Assembly (NCBI GenBank): GCA_963781585.1
Contig: CAWAGQ010000003.1
Coordinates: 318,036 to 382,035 of the forward strand
Length of the DNA: 64,000 nt
From: an uncultured Gemmatimonadaceae bacterium
GTDB lineage: Bacteria > Gemmatimonadota > Gemmatimonadetes > Gemmatimonadales > Gemmatimonadaceae
Direction: 5' to 3'
The notes below the pieces were generated by a model. That model was not told where the DNA came from. It searched no databases and saw only the letters and a program-made list of their open reading frames with translations. This document shows positions 18,111 through 28,084 of this stretch, one piece after another. Within the stretch, counting starts at the first letter, position 1, and each line of letters starts with the position of its first letter. The translations under genes were made by a program, and so were the position numbers.

Positions 18111-19928
18111 TCAGCCGGTCGTTCCCGTCAGCAGGCCCTTCCTGATGCGCATCGCCCTGGGTGAGGCGTTCGCGTCGAAAACCACCGACTCCTGCACGCG
18201 GGTCGCGATGCGAACATGCATGGTCAGGGTCTGTGTCTGTCCGTCGCGCTGGATGGTGAGCGGCACCGCCTCTCCGTCAGCCCGGTTGTACCGCGCCCGG
18301 AACCGGGCTCCGAACGACGCGTCGTTCACCGGAATCTCGCCGACCTGGAGCAGCACATCACCGGGCCGCACGCCGGCTTCGTCGGCCGCTCCCCCCGGCT
18401 CGATCTGCGTCACCTGCACCCCCGCCGAGTCCCCCTGGGTGTACACGCCGATCCGGGGCTCGCGCACGGTATCGGCGTGCACCCGCAGACCGGCCAGCGG
18501 CAGCACCGATTCCCAGGGAAACGCGTCGCGGCCATCGATGTATCGGTCGTCGACGTCCTTGAACGACTTTCCGCCGGCGGCGCGCGACACGGCGCCCCAC
18601 CAGTCGTCGCCGGTAAAGCCGCGGCCGGCCTTGTAGGTCGTGGTATAGACGGCGCGCATCACGTCGTCGAGCGAACTGTGGTTGTCCGACGCGTCGCGAA
18701 TCATGATGTCGAGCATCAGCCCGGCCAGCGATCCCTTGTCGTAGTAGACGTACTGGGTCCCGTCGGTGGGGTGTATCCACGTGTCGAGCGACGCGTCCTC
18801 CAGCGCCGTAGGCGGAAGGGCCGCCACGTTCTGCATCTTGCCGCTCGTGAGGTTCAGGAACGTGGCCGAGTCGATCACGCCGCCGCGCACCAGCGCCAGG
18901 TCCGCGTAGTAGTCGGTGATGCCCTCACTGACCCACAACCAGGGCGTCGGTTCGGCGCGATCGTACCGGTACGGCACCATCTCGGCGGGACGCATGCGCT
19001 TCACGTTCCAGAGATGAAACATCTCGTGCGCCGTGATCGACGGAAACACGGGATTGCCGATGATGAACGGCGAGTAGATCCCCATGTGCGAGTTCTGGTG
19101 CTCGAGCGCGCTGGCGCCGCCGAATGCCGAATCGAAGACGATCTCGATCGTGTACTTGTCGTACGGCACTTCGCCGAATACGCGGTTCTCCTGCGGAACG
19201 AACTTCGCGATCTGGCCCCAAAGCTCCTGCCGTGGGGCGCCGGAGAACGCGCCGGCCGGATAGGTCGCCATCCGGACCCACTTTCCGTCCACCTGCTGAC
19301 TGTCGACGTCGAACCGGCCGACGAAGAACGGCATGTCGACCAGGTCATGGTAGTTCCGTGCGGAGAATGTCCGCGCCCCGGCAGGCGCCATGCCCGTCTC
19401 GATGCCCCAGTCGGATTCGGTGCGGATCGTGACGGTTGCCGCGAAATCCATCGGCCGTCCCTCCGGATAGGGCAGCACGTTGGTGCCATTGAAGAACGCG
19501 AAGTCGCTGCGCGCCCAGGCCACGGCATTGTCCAGCGAATCCGCGGTGTAGTCGAACGACGCGGTGATCGCGGTGGCACCGTTAGGCAGGACCCGCCACG
19601 TATCGTAGTCCAGCTTGTCCCAGTGCAGCGGCTTGTCGCCCGCGACCGCGCCGAAATCCGTCACCCAGCGCGCGTAGTTCGTGATCTCGTATGCCCCCGG
19701 GGTCCAGGCCGGAAGCGACAGGAGCACTGGTTCGCGTCCGTTCGTCGTGAATTGCATGGTCACATGGAGCACCCGACGTGGTGCCGTGGAGCGATCGAAC
19801 TGTACGTCGTACTGCACGGCGCTGATCGGCGCCGACACCATCGCGGCGGGCCCGGTCGACGGGCGCTGGGCCGACGCCTCAAAGGCCACAATCGGAAGAA
19901 TCAGGATGGCGAGCGCGCGGCTGCGCAT
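18111..19928 (-). CDS. M61 glycyl aminopeptidase with C-terminal PDZ domain, secreted
   Basis: Signal peptide, LPAWTPGAY, ALEH, AHEMFHLWNVKR (HEXXH), WVSEGITDYY, YYDKG, PDZ (GGAADEAGVRPGDVL). Confidence 0.93.
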   Translation of the reverse strand: MRSRALAILILPIVAFEASAQRPSTGPAAMVSAPISAVQYDVQFDRSTAPRRVLHVTMQFTTNGREPVLLSLPAWTPGAYEITNYARWVTDFGAVAGDKPLHWDKLDYDTWRVLPNGATAITASFDYTADSLDNAVAWARSDFAFFNGTNVLPYPEGRPMDFAATVTIRTESDWGIETGMAPAGARTFSARNYHDLVDMPFFVGRFDVDSQQVDGKWVRMATYPAGAFSGAPRQELWGQIAKFVPQENRVFGEVPYDKYTIEIVFDSAFGGASALEHQNSHMGIYSPFIIGNPVFPSITAHEMFHLWNVKRMRPAEMVPYRYDRAEPTPWLWVSEGITDYYADLALVRGGVIDSATFLNLTSGKMQNVAALPPTALEDASLDTWIHPTDGTQYVYYDKGSLAGLMLDIMIRDASDNHSSLDDVMRAVYTTTYKAGRGFTGDDWWGAVSRAAGGKSFKDVDDRYIDGRDAFPWESVLPLAGLRVHADTVREPRIGVYTQGDSAGVQVTQIEPGGAADEAGVRPGDVLLQVGEIPVNDASFGARFRARYNRADGEAVPLTIQRDGQTQTLTMHVRIATRVQESVVFDANASPRAMRIRKGLLTGTTG

Positions 19929-20243
19929 GGGTCGTCCCCGGGGAGAAGTAGGCGAGCCGCTAAGTCTAACACGCCCGCCGCGCGACCCGCGAACCCGACA
20001 CGCCAGGACGCGTCGCACGATGGGCGAAGCGCACGGATTCGAGGTCGGAATACCGGCCGCGGGCGCTCCCCGCCCGCAAAGTACTCGTCATGGGCCACCG
20101 CGACGCAGCCGCCTTGCACATGCCCCAATCGGGGCGCCGGTCGCCTTCACCGGACCGCGCGACACGTCTGTCGAGGACGTCCTCTCGATGATAGCGTTCT
20201 CGGGCCATCCCCATCGCGCCGCCTCACTCCGGCACGTTCCGAC

Positions 20244-21311
20244 ATGCTCTCATCCGAGTCCCTGACGTTTCTCGCACGATTGCTCGACACCGCCGGTCCC
20301 TCGGGCTTCGAGTCTGCGGCCGCGCGCGTGTGGCGCGACGAGGCACGTGCGTTCGCCGAGGTGCGCAGCGACGTGGCCGGCAACAGCATCGCCGAGGTGA
20401 ATCCTGATGGCGCCCCCACCATCATGCTGGCGGGGCACATCGACGAGATCGGAGTGATCGTCACCTATATCGACGAGGACGGCTTCGTCTATATCGGTGC
20501 GATTGGCGGTTGGGACCCGCAGGTGCTCGTGGGGCAGCGGATCCGCTTCCAGGGACGCGACGGCGACGTGGTGGGCGTCGTGGGGAAGAAGTCCATTCAC
20601 CTGCAGCGCCCCGAAGAGCGCGAAAAGGCGGTGCGGCTGACCGATCTGTGGGTCGATGTGGGCGCCACCGATCGCGCCGATGCGCGACAGCGGCTGGCGG
20701 TGGGCGACCCGGGCGTCATAGACACGGGCCTGCTGCAGATGCCTAACGGGCGAATTGCCTCACGGGCGATCGACGACCGCATCGGGGCATTTGTGGTCCT
20801 CGAGGCGCTCCGTCGGTACGCCGCCGAACCCGGCCGCAGCCGCGTGGCCGCGGTGGCGACCACGCAGGAGGAGATCGGATACCACGGCGGCGGGGCCCTG
20901 ATTGCCGCCTCCCGCCTCAACCCGGCCATGGCGGTCGCGGTGGACGTCACCCACGCCTCCGATCATCCCACAATGGAAAAGAAGGAGGTCGGAGACCAGA
21001 AGCTCGGCGCGGGGCCCGTGCTGGCGCGTGGTTCGGTGGTGTCGCCGGTCGTGTTCGCCCTGCTGGTCGATGCCGCCGGGCGCCTCGACGTGCCGGTCTC
21101 CGTCCAGGCGGCCGGGCGCGACACGAGCACCGACGCCGACTTCATCCAGATCGCGCGCGAAGGCGTCGCCACCGCACTCGTCTCGATCCCGAACCGCTAC
21201 ATGCACTCGCCTAACGAAATGGTCAGCCTCGACGACGTGGATCGCGCGGTGGCGCTCCTGGCCGAGGCCTGTCGCGCCGTGACCACGGAAACGGACTTCA
21301 CCGCGCGCTGA
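20244..21311 (+). CDS. M42 family metallo-aminopeptidase
   Basis: GPSGFE, AGHIDEIG, DDRIG, QEEIG, AVDVTHA, STDAD, RYMHSPNE. Confidence 0.95.
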   Translation: MLSSESLTFLARLLDTAGPSGFESAAARVWRDEARAFAEVRSDVAGNSIAEVNPDGAPTIMLAGHIDEIGVIVTYIDEDGFVYIGAIGGWDPQVLVGQRIRFQGRDGDVVGVVGKKSIHLQRPEEREKAVRLTDLWVDVGATDRADARQRLAVGDPGVIDTGLLQMPNGRIASRAIDDRIGAFVVLEALRRYAAEPGRSRVAAVATTQEEIGYHGGGALIAASRLNPAMAVAVDVTHASDHPTMEKKEVGDQKLGAGPVLARGSVVSPVVFALLVDAAGRLDVPVSVQAAGRDTSTDADFIQIAREGVATALVSIPNRYMHSPNEMVSLDDVDRAVALLAEACRAVTTETDFTAR

Positions 21312-21332
21312 CGCGGCGCGCCGACCGCGCGC

Positions 21333-22937
21333 CTACGCGAGCACGCGGCCGCTCAGGGCGCGGTCCGCCGCTTCCCGTACGGAGCGGTCGCGGTCGCCTG
21401 CCAGCCCCCGCAGCACGGCCTGCGCAGACGATGTCCCGGCCTCGGCCAGCGCGTGGACTGCCTGGACGCGGGTCGCAACCGCTTTCCGGATCAGGAATCC
21501 TCCCGGCTGGGCAGCGCGCGCCAGGCGCGCCACCGCCTCCTCGGTCGGCATGTTGCCCAGCGCGGCGATCATCACCGCCTGAACCTCCGCGTCATGCTCC
21601 TTGTCCAGTGCCTCGATCAGCCAGGGAACAGCGCGGGGATTGCGCATGGCGCCGAGACCGAGCGCCACCTGCAGCCGTACCTCGGCCGCGGGATCATGCA
21701 CCGCCTGAAGCAGCGCCAGGACCGCGCGCGGCGTTGCCAGTCTCGCCAGCGCGGTGACCGCCGCCCGTCGGACCCGGGGTTCCCCGTGTCCCAGAACGCC
21801 CGCCAGCTGCGCGTCCGCGTCAGGCGGCGCCAGCTCCCCGAGAAGCTCGGCAGCGTTCCGAACCACGTACCATCGCGCATCACGCAGCAGATGGACCAGC
21901 GCCGGAACCGCCGCCGGACACTTCGCGAGCGCCGCCCGATACGCATGACGCTCGGTCGTCGAATCCGAACTGATCAGCAGGTCGATCAGCGCGTCAGCGC
22001 CGGATTCGCCCGCGTGCGCCAAGAGCTGCGCGACCGTGTCCCGCATCTCCCGACGATGCGGCAGCAACTGCGCGATGCCTTTCATGATCGCCGGGCGTTC
22101 GAGCCGCCGGATCGCGAACCGACACGCGCGCTTCAGCTCCCCCTCGGAGTGCTTCTCCCCATTCCGGTACAGACGATCGAGAATCTCGGCAACGTCCACC
22201 CACAGCCCCTCGCGCGCGCGCTCCTCGGCCGCGCGCGCGATGTCGTCGATCAGACGCGTCGCCGTCGATGAGTCCTTCGCCTCGTCGACCCGGGCAAGGA
22301 GATCCCTGAGCGGCATGCTGGCAGCCAGTCCAGGCACCAACTCCGATTCGAGAGTTCTGGTCTGCTGGTCAGCGATGTCCTCATCGAAATTCGGCGCCAC
22401 CGCCGACCCGTTCGGCTGGCTCGGCGTCGGTCTGCTGGTGGTCGCAATTATCGGTGCCCCCAGCGGTGGCGTGCGCACCGGCGCCAGGATCGCGTTGCCG
22501 CTGATCGGTGTGGCGCGCCGCACGAACCCCAGGTCTCCGATGTGCACCGCCAGCGTCCGCGGCGCCAGAGCAACCACCTTGTCGTCGAACGCTTCTCCCT
22601 CGTCGCCGGTCACCGGCGAACCGGCGAGTGCGCGCGCGATCCCCAGGACTTCGTGCGGCGACGCCGCCTGTTCGAACTCGATCGCGCGCACGGAATGCGC
22701 CGACATGCGCATCGACAGTTCGCTCACCCACACAATGAAGTCGTTCAGTCGCGGATCCTGGAACCGGTTGGCCATGGAGAACGACAGGTCGGCCAGTACC
22801 AGCACCTGTCGCTTCTCCTCGAGCTCGCCGAGCGAGCGCCGCAACGCCTCCTTCTGCCGCTCCGGGTCCTCGCCACGGTGAACGAGCAGCCAGACCAGCT
22901 GTGCAAAATGTCGCGCAAACGCGGGGAAATCATTCAT
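21333..22937 (-). CDS. HEAT-repeat protein
   Basis: C-terminal repeats LLRDARWYVVRNAAELLG, HGEPRVRRAAVTAL, DPAAEVRLQVALGLG, DRDRSVREAA; unassigned N-domain and Pro/Thr linker. Confidence 0.88.
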   Translation of the reverse strand: MNDFPAFARHFAQLVWLLVHRGEDPERQKEALRRSLGELEEKRQVLVLADLSFSMANRFQDPRLNDFIVWVSELSMRMSAHSVRAIEFEQAASPHEVLGIARALAGSPVTGDEGEAFDDKVVALAPRTLAVHIGDLGFVRRATPISGNAILAPVRTPPLGAPIIATTSRPTPSQPNGSAVAPNFDEDIADQQTRTLESELVPGLAASMPLRDLLARVDEAKDSSTATRLIDDIARAAEERAREGLWVDVAEILDRLYRNGEKHSEGELKRACRFAIRRLERPAIMKGIAQLLPHRREMRDTVAQLLAHAGESGADALIDLLISSDSTTERHAYRAALAKCPAAVPALVHLLRDARWYVVRNAAELLGELAPPDADAQLAGVLGHGEPRVRRAAVTALARLATPRAVLALLQAVHDPAAEVRLQVALGLGAMRNPRAVPWLIEALDKEHDAEVQAVMIAALGNMPTEEAVARLARAAQPGGFLIRKAVATRVQAVHALAEAGTSSAQAVLRGLAGDRDRSVREAADRALSGRVLA

Positions 22938-23233
22938 CGCAAGTTTCGCGTCCGTGTCGGACAGACGGGGTCTGGGTGATAAGGGACAGCAGCATCGACG
23001 TCGGTTCGCTGATCGACGAGCGCATGCCCGAAATGGCCGGATCGGGCGGCCCAATGAGTCGCAAGGACTACGCCCGTGCTCGTAACACTGCGCAGACTCG
23101 AGAGATATGACGCACTTCCGCCTCCCAACGAAACGTTTTGCGGCGCAGTCCGAGGCCTCCCGTGCGAGCGGCTGGTTGCTCCACGCCGGGGTGGCTAACA
23201 TTCGAGCCGATCTGCTCCCTCACCAGACGCCCG

Positions 23234-24577
23234 ATGAAACGCAACATCCGCCGCCCTCGCAAACGGGGGCTGCTGCTCGCGATAGCCGTGGTCGCTGCGG
23301 CCTGCCGGTCCGCCCCGACGATAACGCCGGCGCCAGCTCCTCCCGATACCGGGCGAATCGGCCGCGACATCCGGTACCTGGCGAGCGATGCGCTCGAAGG
23401 GCGTCGGACTGGAACACCCGGCAACGACTCCGCGGCGGCATATATCGCCCGTCGCTTCGCGAGCCTCGGGCTGCTCGGGCTTCCATCCAGAACCGCCGCC
23501 TGCGGGGATCGGGATGGGCACGACTGCGTCGCGGAATACGAGCAGCCGTTCGTCGCAAAGTCGGTCGCGGCGGCACATGCAGGTCTTCCTTCCGAGTCGC
23601 CCACCCAGAACGTCGTGGCGCTCATCAGGGGCACCGATTCGGCGCTCCGCGGTCAGTACCTCGTGATCGGAGCGCATTTCGATCACCTCGGGCGCTCGAC
23701 ATTCGGCGCGCTCGATCCCGAGACGCCGAACGTCATTCACAACGGCGCCGACGATAACGCGTCCGGTACGGTGGCGGTGATGGAACTGGCACGGATGTTC
23801 GTGCGACAGCCGCCGAAACGGTCGGTCATCGTCATCGCGTTCAGCGGCGAGGAGCTTGGCCTGCTCGGCTCCCAGTACTTCGTGGATCACTCCCCGGTGC
23901 CGCTCGATTCCGTGGAAGCGATGATCAACTTCGACATGGTGGGGCGGCTCCGCGACGACAAGCTGATCGTCTACGGCGTTGCGACGGCGACCGAGCTGCC
24001 GGGCATTCTCGCAGCGCAAAACGTGGCGCCGGCCTTCAGGATCTCCGCGGTGGGCGACGGGTTCGGCCCGTCGGACCAGAGTTCATTCTACGCGAAGAAC
24101 CTCCCGGTTCTTCATTTCTTCACGGACCTGCACGAGGACTACCATCGCGCCACCGATGACGCCGACAAGATCAACCTCGTCGGGATCGCACGCGTGGTCC
24201 TGTTTGCCGAACGCGTGGCGCGACAGATTGCCGACCGGTCCGCGCCTCTGACGTTCGTCCGCGCCCCGGCATCGGCGTCGCCGCCCACCGCCTCGCGCAC
24301 GTCGTCGCGGGTGTATCTCGGCAGCATCCCCGACATGGGGGCCAGCGACGTTCCCGGTCTGCGACTATCGGGGGTCGGCGCGGGATCGCCGGCGGACAGC
24401 GCCGGGCTCAAGGCAGGCGACGTGATCGTGGAAATCGAGGGCGCACCGGTGAAGGACCTGTACACCTACAGCGACGCGCTCTACGCCCACCAGCCGGGAG
24501 AGACCATCCAGATCGTCTACCTGCGCGACGGCCGGCGTCTCACCGTTCAGGTGACGTTAGGTAGGCGCGGCGGCTGA
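23234..24577 (+). CDS. M28 family peptidase with PDZ domain, lipoprotein
   Basis: Lipobox VAAAC, LASDALEGR, GAHFDHLG, NGADDNASG, GEELGLLGS, NFDMVGR, DYHRATDD; PDZ YLGSIPD..GSPADSAGLKAGDVI. Confidence 0.94.
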   Translation: MKRNIRRPRKRGLLLAIAVVAAACRSAPTITPAPAPPDTGRIGRDIRYLASDALEGRRTGTPGNDSAAAYIARRFASLGLLGLPSRTAACGDRDGHDCVAEYEQPFVAKSVAAAHAGLPSESPTQNVVALIRGTDSALRGQYLVIGAHFDHLGRSTFGALDPETPNVIHNGADDNASGTVAVMELARMFVRQPPKRSVIVIAFSGEELGLLGSQYFVDHSPVPLDSVEAMINFDMVGRLRDDKLIVYGVATATELPGILAAQNVAPAFRISAVGDGFGPSDQSSFYAKNLPVLHFFTDLHEDYHRATDDADKINLVGIARVVLFAERVARQIADRSAPLTFVRAPASASPPTASRTSSRVYLGSIPDMGASDVPGLRLSGVGAGSPADSAGLKAGDVIVEIEGAPVKDLYTYSDALYAHQPGETIQIVYLRDGRRLTVQVTLGRRGG

Positions 24578-24614
24578 CACCGGCGGAACACATCACGCCT
24601 TTCCCGAGCGCGGG

Positions 24615-24643
24615 GAAGGGGCTCGGCAGTGCCGAACCCCTTC
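24615..24643. terminator. Hairpin between convergent genes, likely terminator
   Basis: GAAGGGGCTCGGCA-G-TGCCGAACCCCTTC inverted repeat with one mismatch. Confidence 0.6.
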
Positions 24644-24671
24644 GGTCAGGCCCCCCCAAACGAAAACGTGT

Positions 24672-25352
24672 CTACTTGGTGGTGCCGAAGCCGGCCACGT
24701 GGATGCTCAGATTGTGACTCGCCCGCAGCCCGTAGATGCCGTCGGTGGACACCAGCTTTCCGGGCCCCACCACCTCTGACTTCGGTGCGCTCCAGACTTC
24801 CTTGCCGTTGATCGAGCAGGAGATCCTGTCGCTTGATACCGTCATCGCGATGTCGTCCTTGGCCGAGCCGTTGTCGCCGGCCTTGGCGACCGCATCGTTG
24901 GGCTGCCGGCGGACCACCTGCTGCGTCTGGGCTCCATCGCGAATGATCACCGAGTAGTCGCCCGCGCCGAACACCACGCAGTAGAGGTAGTTCTGGTTGT
25001 CCGCGTCCAGATTGCTCCCGCCGATGAAGATGCCGTAGGATTCCTCGTGCGCCGTCGCCTGCGTCTTCGTCAGGTTCGCATGCACCGTGTAGTTGCCCTT
25101 TGCCACGTTCGCCGGATTCCAGAGGATGACGTGGGGACCGGTAGTGATGTGCATGCCACTGCCCATGGTTGCGAATTTCGCCTGCTCGATCTGCTCACCG
25201 CGCTGCGGGAAGTCGACGCGACCGGTCCATCCCGACACGGAGATACCCGCGCCTTCCACAGCCTTGTTGGGATCGTTCTTCATGCCCTGCGCCAGGACAA
25301 GCCCGGGTATCAGTGCGAGCGTGCCCACCGTAGGTGCGACGAACCTGCGCAT
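24672..25352 (-). CDS. Secreted hypothetical protein, probable beta-sandwich (ConA/DUF1080-like)
   Basis: Signal peptide ending VLA-Q; beta-strand pattern HITTGP, YTVHA, YGIFIGG, INGKEV, GIYGLR. Confidence 0.75.
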   Translation of the reverse strand: MRRFVAPTVGTLALIPGLVLAQGMKNDPNKAVEGAGISVSGWTGRVDFPQRGEQIEQAKFATMGSGMHITTGPHVILWNPANVAKGNYTVHANLTKTQATAHEESYGIFIGGSNLDADNQNYLYCVVFGAGDYSVIIRDGAQTQQVVRRQPNDAVAKAGDNGSAKDDIAMTVSSDRISCSINGKEVWSAPKSEVVGPGKLVSTDGIYGLRASHNLSIHVAGFGTTK

Positions 25353-25488
25353 TTCGCCTCCCAGTTCGACGTTTTTCCTTCCATCAAGCTACCCCAGCAA
25401 CCGTCAGAATAGAGCCTGACATCCCGTTCGGCCAGCGCCGGTTCGCAGTCGGGGCTGCTCTGATCGTCGAGAGCCGTAACTTCCGACC

Positions 25489-26379
25489 ATGCCACAGACT
25501 ATTCCGTCCCCACGCGCATCGGGAACGACGTCCTCGACCGGTGTGCCACTCTACTGGTGTGCCTACGGCCCTGCCGGCACGGACCGCGTGCTCGTGCTCC
25601 ACGGCGGCCCCGGCGCCCACCACGATTACCTGCTGCCCCACATGTTGCGCCTCGCCGGGGACCGGGAGCTGGTCTTCTACGACCAGCGCGGTGGTGGTCG
25701 ATCGCGGGGTCATGCCACCGAAGAAATCACGTGGCGCACCCACGTCGAAGACCTTCGACAGCTCGTACGGGAACTCGGACTTCATCCGCTGAGCGTGGTG
25801 GGCTACTCGTGGGGCGCGCTGCTTGCCCTGCTGTACGCGGTCGAGGCGATGCGCGACCACCAGTACGAGCGACCGGGTCGCCTGGTGCTCATCGATCCGG
25901 CACCCCTGTCGCGCGAATACCGGGAGGCGTTTGAGCGGGAGTTTGCACGCCGGCAGCGAAGCGAGACCATCCGTGAGCTCAGAGAGGAACTCGCGGAATC
26001 GGGGCTCCGCGAGACCAATGCCGACGCGTACCGGCAGCGCCAGTTCGAGCTGGGGGTCGCCGCCTACTTCTCGAGGCCGGAGCGGGCGCGCGACCTCACG
26101 CCGTTCCGGGTCACCGCGCGCGTGCAGCAGTCAGTCTGGCGCAGCCTTGGCGACTACGACGTCATTCCATGGCTCGAGTCCCTTCACGTTCCGGCGTTTT
26201 TCGTGCACGGCCGGGACGATCCCATTCCGATCGAGTCCTCGGAGCGGGCAGCGCGTGCCATGCACGCCCGGTTGCTCGTCCTCGAAGCGAGCGGGCACGT
26301 GCCATATGTCGAGCAGCCGCAGGCGCTCTTCGGCGCAATCGAACAGTTTCTGGGGGACACCTCCGCGGGTCACGGGTAA
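25489..26379 (+). CDS. Alpha/beta hydrolase, proline iminopeptidase-like
   Basis: LHGGPG, YDQRGGGRS, GYSWG nucleophile elbow, HGRDD, SGHVPYVE. Confidence 0.92.
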   Translation: MPQTIPSPRASGTTSSTGVPLYWCAYGPAGTDRVLVLHGGPGAHHDYLLPHMLRLAGDRELVFYDQRGGGRSRGHATEEITWRTHVEDLRQLVRELGLHPLSVVGYSWGALLALLYAVEAMRDHQYERPGRLVLIDPAPLSREYREAFEREFARRQRSETIRELREELAESGLRETNADAYRQRQFELGVAAYFSRPERARDLTPFRVTARVQQSVWRSLGDYDVIPWLESLHVPAFFVHGRDDPIPIESSERAARAMHARLLVLEASGHVPYVEQPQALFGAIEQFLGDTSAGHG

Positions 26380-26382
26380 GTC

Positions 26383-26841
26383 ATGAACAGCGCGAACGAA
26401 AGCGAGGAGCTCTTCGTCACCACGGTGCCGGTCGACGGCCGCAGCTACAACGTGCACGTGACGATCGAGTACGATGGCGTGGAGCACCTGGGCCATCTCT
26501 GGTTCAGTGATGAGGAGTGGGATGACGACGATGGTGTGCGCGATCACGGGAGCATTCCCGGGCGATCCGCCGATGACGTGCTGGCGCACGCACGCGGGCT
26601 CTCACAGACCGAACTGGGGTTGCGCTATCGACGCGCCCTTGCCGAGCGGCGCCGCTACCACGGGCTTCGACAGGTGACGCAGGAAGTGCTCACGCAGATC
26701 CGGTATCTCAACAAGGTGGCGACGTCGATGCGGGCTGGATTGCTCGACCTGGAGGAAGCTGCCAGTGAGATCGACAGTACGGAGCAGCGCCTCCACCAGA
26801 TGATTGGTCAGCTCAGACAATTCGCCGGCGTGCCCGCCTGA
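26383..26841 (+). CDS. Hypothetical protein (acidic N-domain, C-terminal helical hairpin)
   Basis: Starts 3 bp after the hydrolase stop; YDGVEHLGHLWF motif; protein-like composition. Confidence 0.8.
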   Translation: MNSANESEELFVTTVPVDGRSYNVHVTIEYDGVEHLGHLWFSDEEWDDDDGVRDHGSIPGRSADDVLAHARGLSQTELGLRYRRALAERRRYHGLRQVTQEVLTQIRYLNKVATSMRAGLLDLEEAASEIDSTEQRLHQMIGQLRQFAGVPA

Positions 26842-27259
26842 TTGCAGCAGCACGGCCGGCGCACATGTCGCGCGCGCCGGACCAGGGTGTCGGGTGGCAT
26901 CCGGCGGTCGGCGGCGGCGCGACGGCCGCTATATTCCGCTTCCATGCTTCGACATCATATGTGCGGATCTCCCGAGCACCCGGCGGGGAAGACTCCCCGC
27001 CCGGCGCGTGCGCGTGTCGGCGGAACGCCGGGCGCGGGCATTGGCGAGTAAGAACCGAACTGGCCCGCGGCAGCCGTTCTCACAGCGGCGCCCGAAGGTT
27101 GCCGCGACGCGGGTTCGCGATGGGCGCGCGAAGGGCCGCGTCCGTGGGGCCCCCCCCCCAAAAACGAAAATAGTCGCCGGCGCGCGCTCCGCCCTCACCA
27201 AAACTCCGCCCTCCAAATCCCCCCATCGCACCCATCTCCTTCGTGGACCCAGAAGGAGC

Positions 27260-27904
27260 GTGCCGGGAGCGGAACTCCCACGGTACGCGCGTGAGGTGTA
27301 CCGACGGTTGCTTCGCGCGTATCCGGATGCCCACTGCGAGCTCGACCACCGGAATGCCTGGGAGCTGATCGTCGCCACCATCCTGAGTGCGCAGTGCACC
27401 GACAAGCGGGTGAACATGGTGACCCCAACCCTGTTCGCGAAGTACCCGACCCCGTCCTCGCTGGCCCGCGCGCCCCAGGCCGATGTGGAGGAGATCATCA
27501 GGAGCACCGGCTTCTTCCGCAACAAGGCGAAGAGCATCATCGGGATGGCCGGAGCCCTCACCGACCACCATGCGGAGCGGGTGCCCCACACGATGGCCGA
27601 GCTGGTACAACTGCCGGGGGTGGGCCGCAAGACGGCCAACGTCGTGCTCGGGAACGCATTCGACGTGAATGAAGGCATCGTCGTCGATACCCACGTCCAG
27701 CGGCTCTCCGTTCGACTCGGCCTAACGAGGGAATCGGAACCCGGCCCGATCGAGCGGGACCTGATGGCCCTGTTCCCCAGGGCGCAGTGGACCATGCTCG
27801 CCCACCTGCTCATCTGGCATGGCCGACGCGTTTGCGACGCCAGGCGGCCACATTGCGAGATCTGCGTCCTGACCGACATCTGTCCCTCGTCGACCGTTTC
27901 GTAG
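27260..27904 (+). CDS. nth: Endonuclease III
   Basis: ILSAQCTD, HhH LPGVGRKTANVV, VDTHV, 4Fe-4S motif C-x6-C-x2-C-x5-C. GTG 27260 has an AGGAG RBS; an alternative TTG at 27041 would add a basic extension. Confidence 0.95.
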   Translation: MPGAELPRYAREVYRRLLRAYPDAHCELDHRNAWELIVATILSAQCTDKRVNMVTPTLFAKYPTPSSLARAPQADVEEIIRSTGFFRNKAKSIIGMAGALTDHHAERVPHTMAELVQLPGVGRKTANVVLGNAFDVNEGIVVDTHVQRLSVRLGLTRESEPGPIERDLMALFPRAQWTMLAHLLIWHGRRVCDARRPHCEICVLTDICPSSTVS

Positions 27905-28084
27905 TTCGCCTCCATCTCATTACGTTTCCGATTCGCGACCGTCCGGCCCGCCCGGTCGCAGGGACGCTTGTGACCGCTCCGACCGGTCGTGAGGAGGTCG
28001 CAGCGAGGGTGCCGGCTCCGCGCGGCGGTTCGCACTCCTCTGACGTCCCTTGAACACCTCAGCCTTCCCTTCTTCACTCGCATC

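Noticed and set aside
18216..21311. 1031-aa ORF
   Set aside because: Only the last ~355 aa (M42 peptidase) are real; the rest is the antisense shadow of the M61 gene.
23016..23083. Three-stem fold resembling a hammerhead ribozyme
   Set aside because: Lacks the CUGAUGA and GAAA catalytic core; short GC stems arise by chance.
27985..28025. SAH-riboswitch-like GAGGAG..GCAGCG..GGCTC
   Set aside because: The core deviates from GAGGAGCGNUGC and CAGGCUC, and the downstream cyclophilin is not an SAH-related gene.
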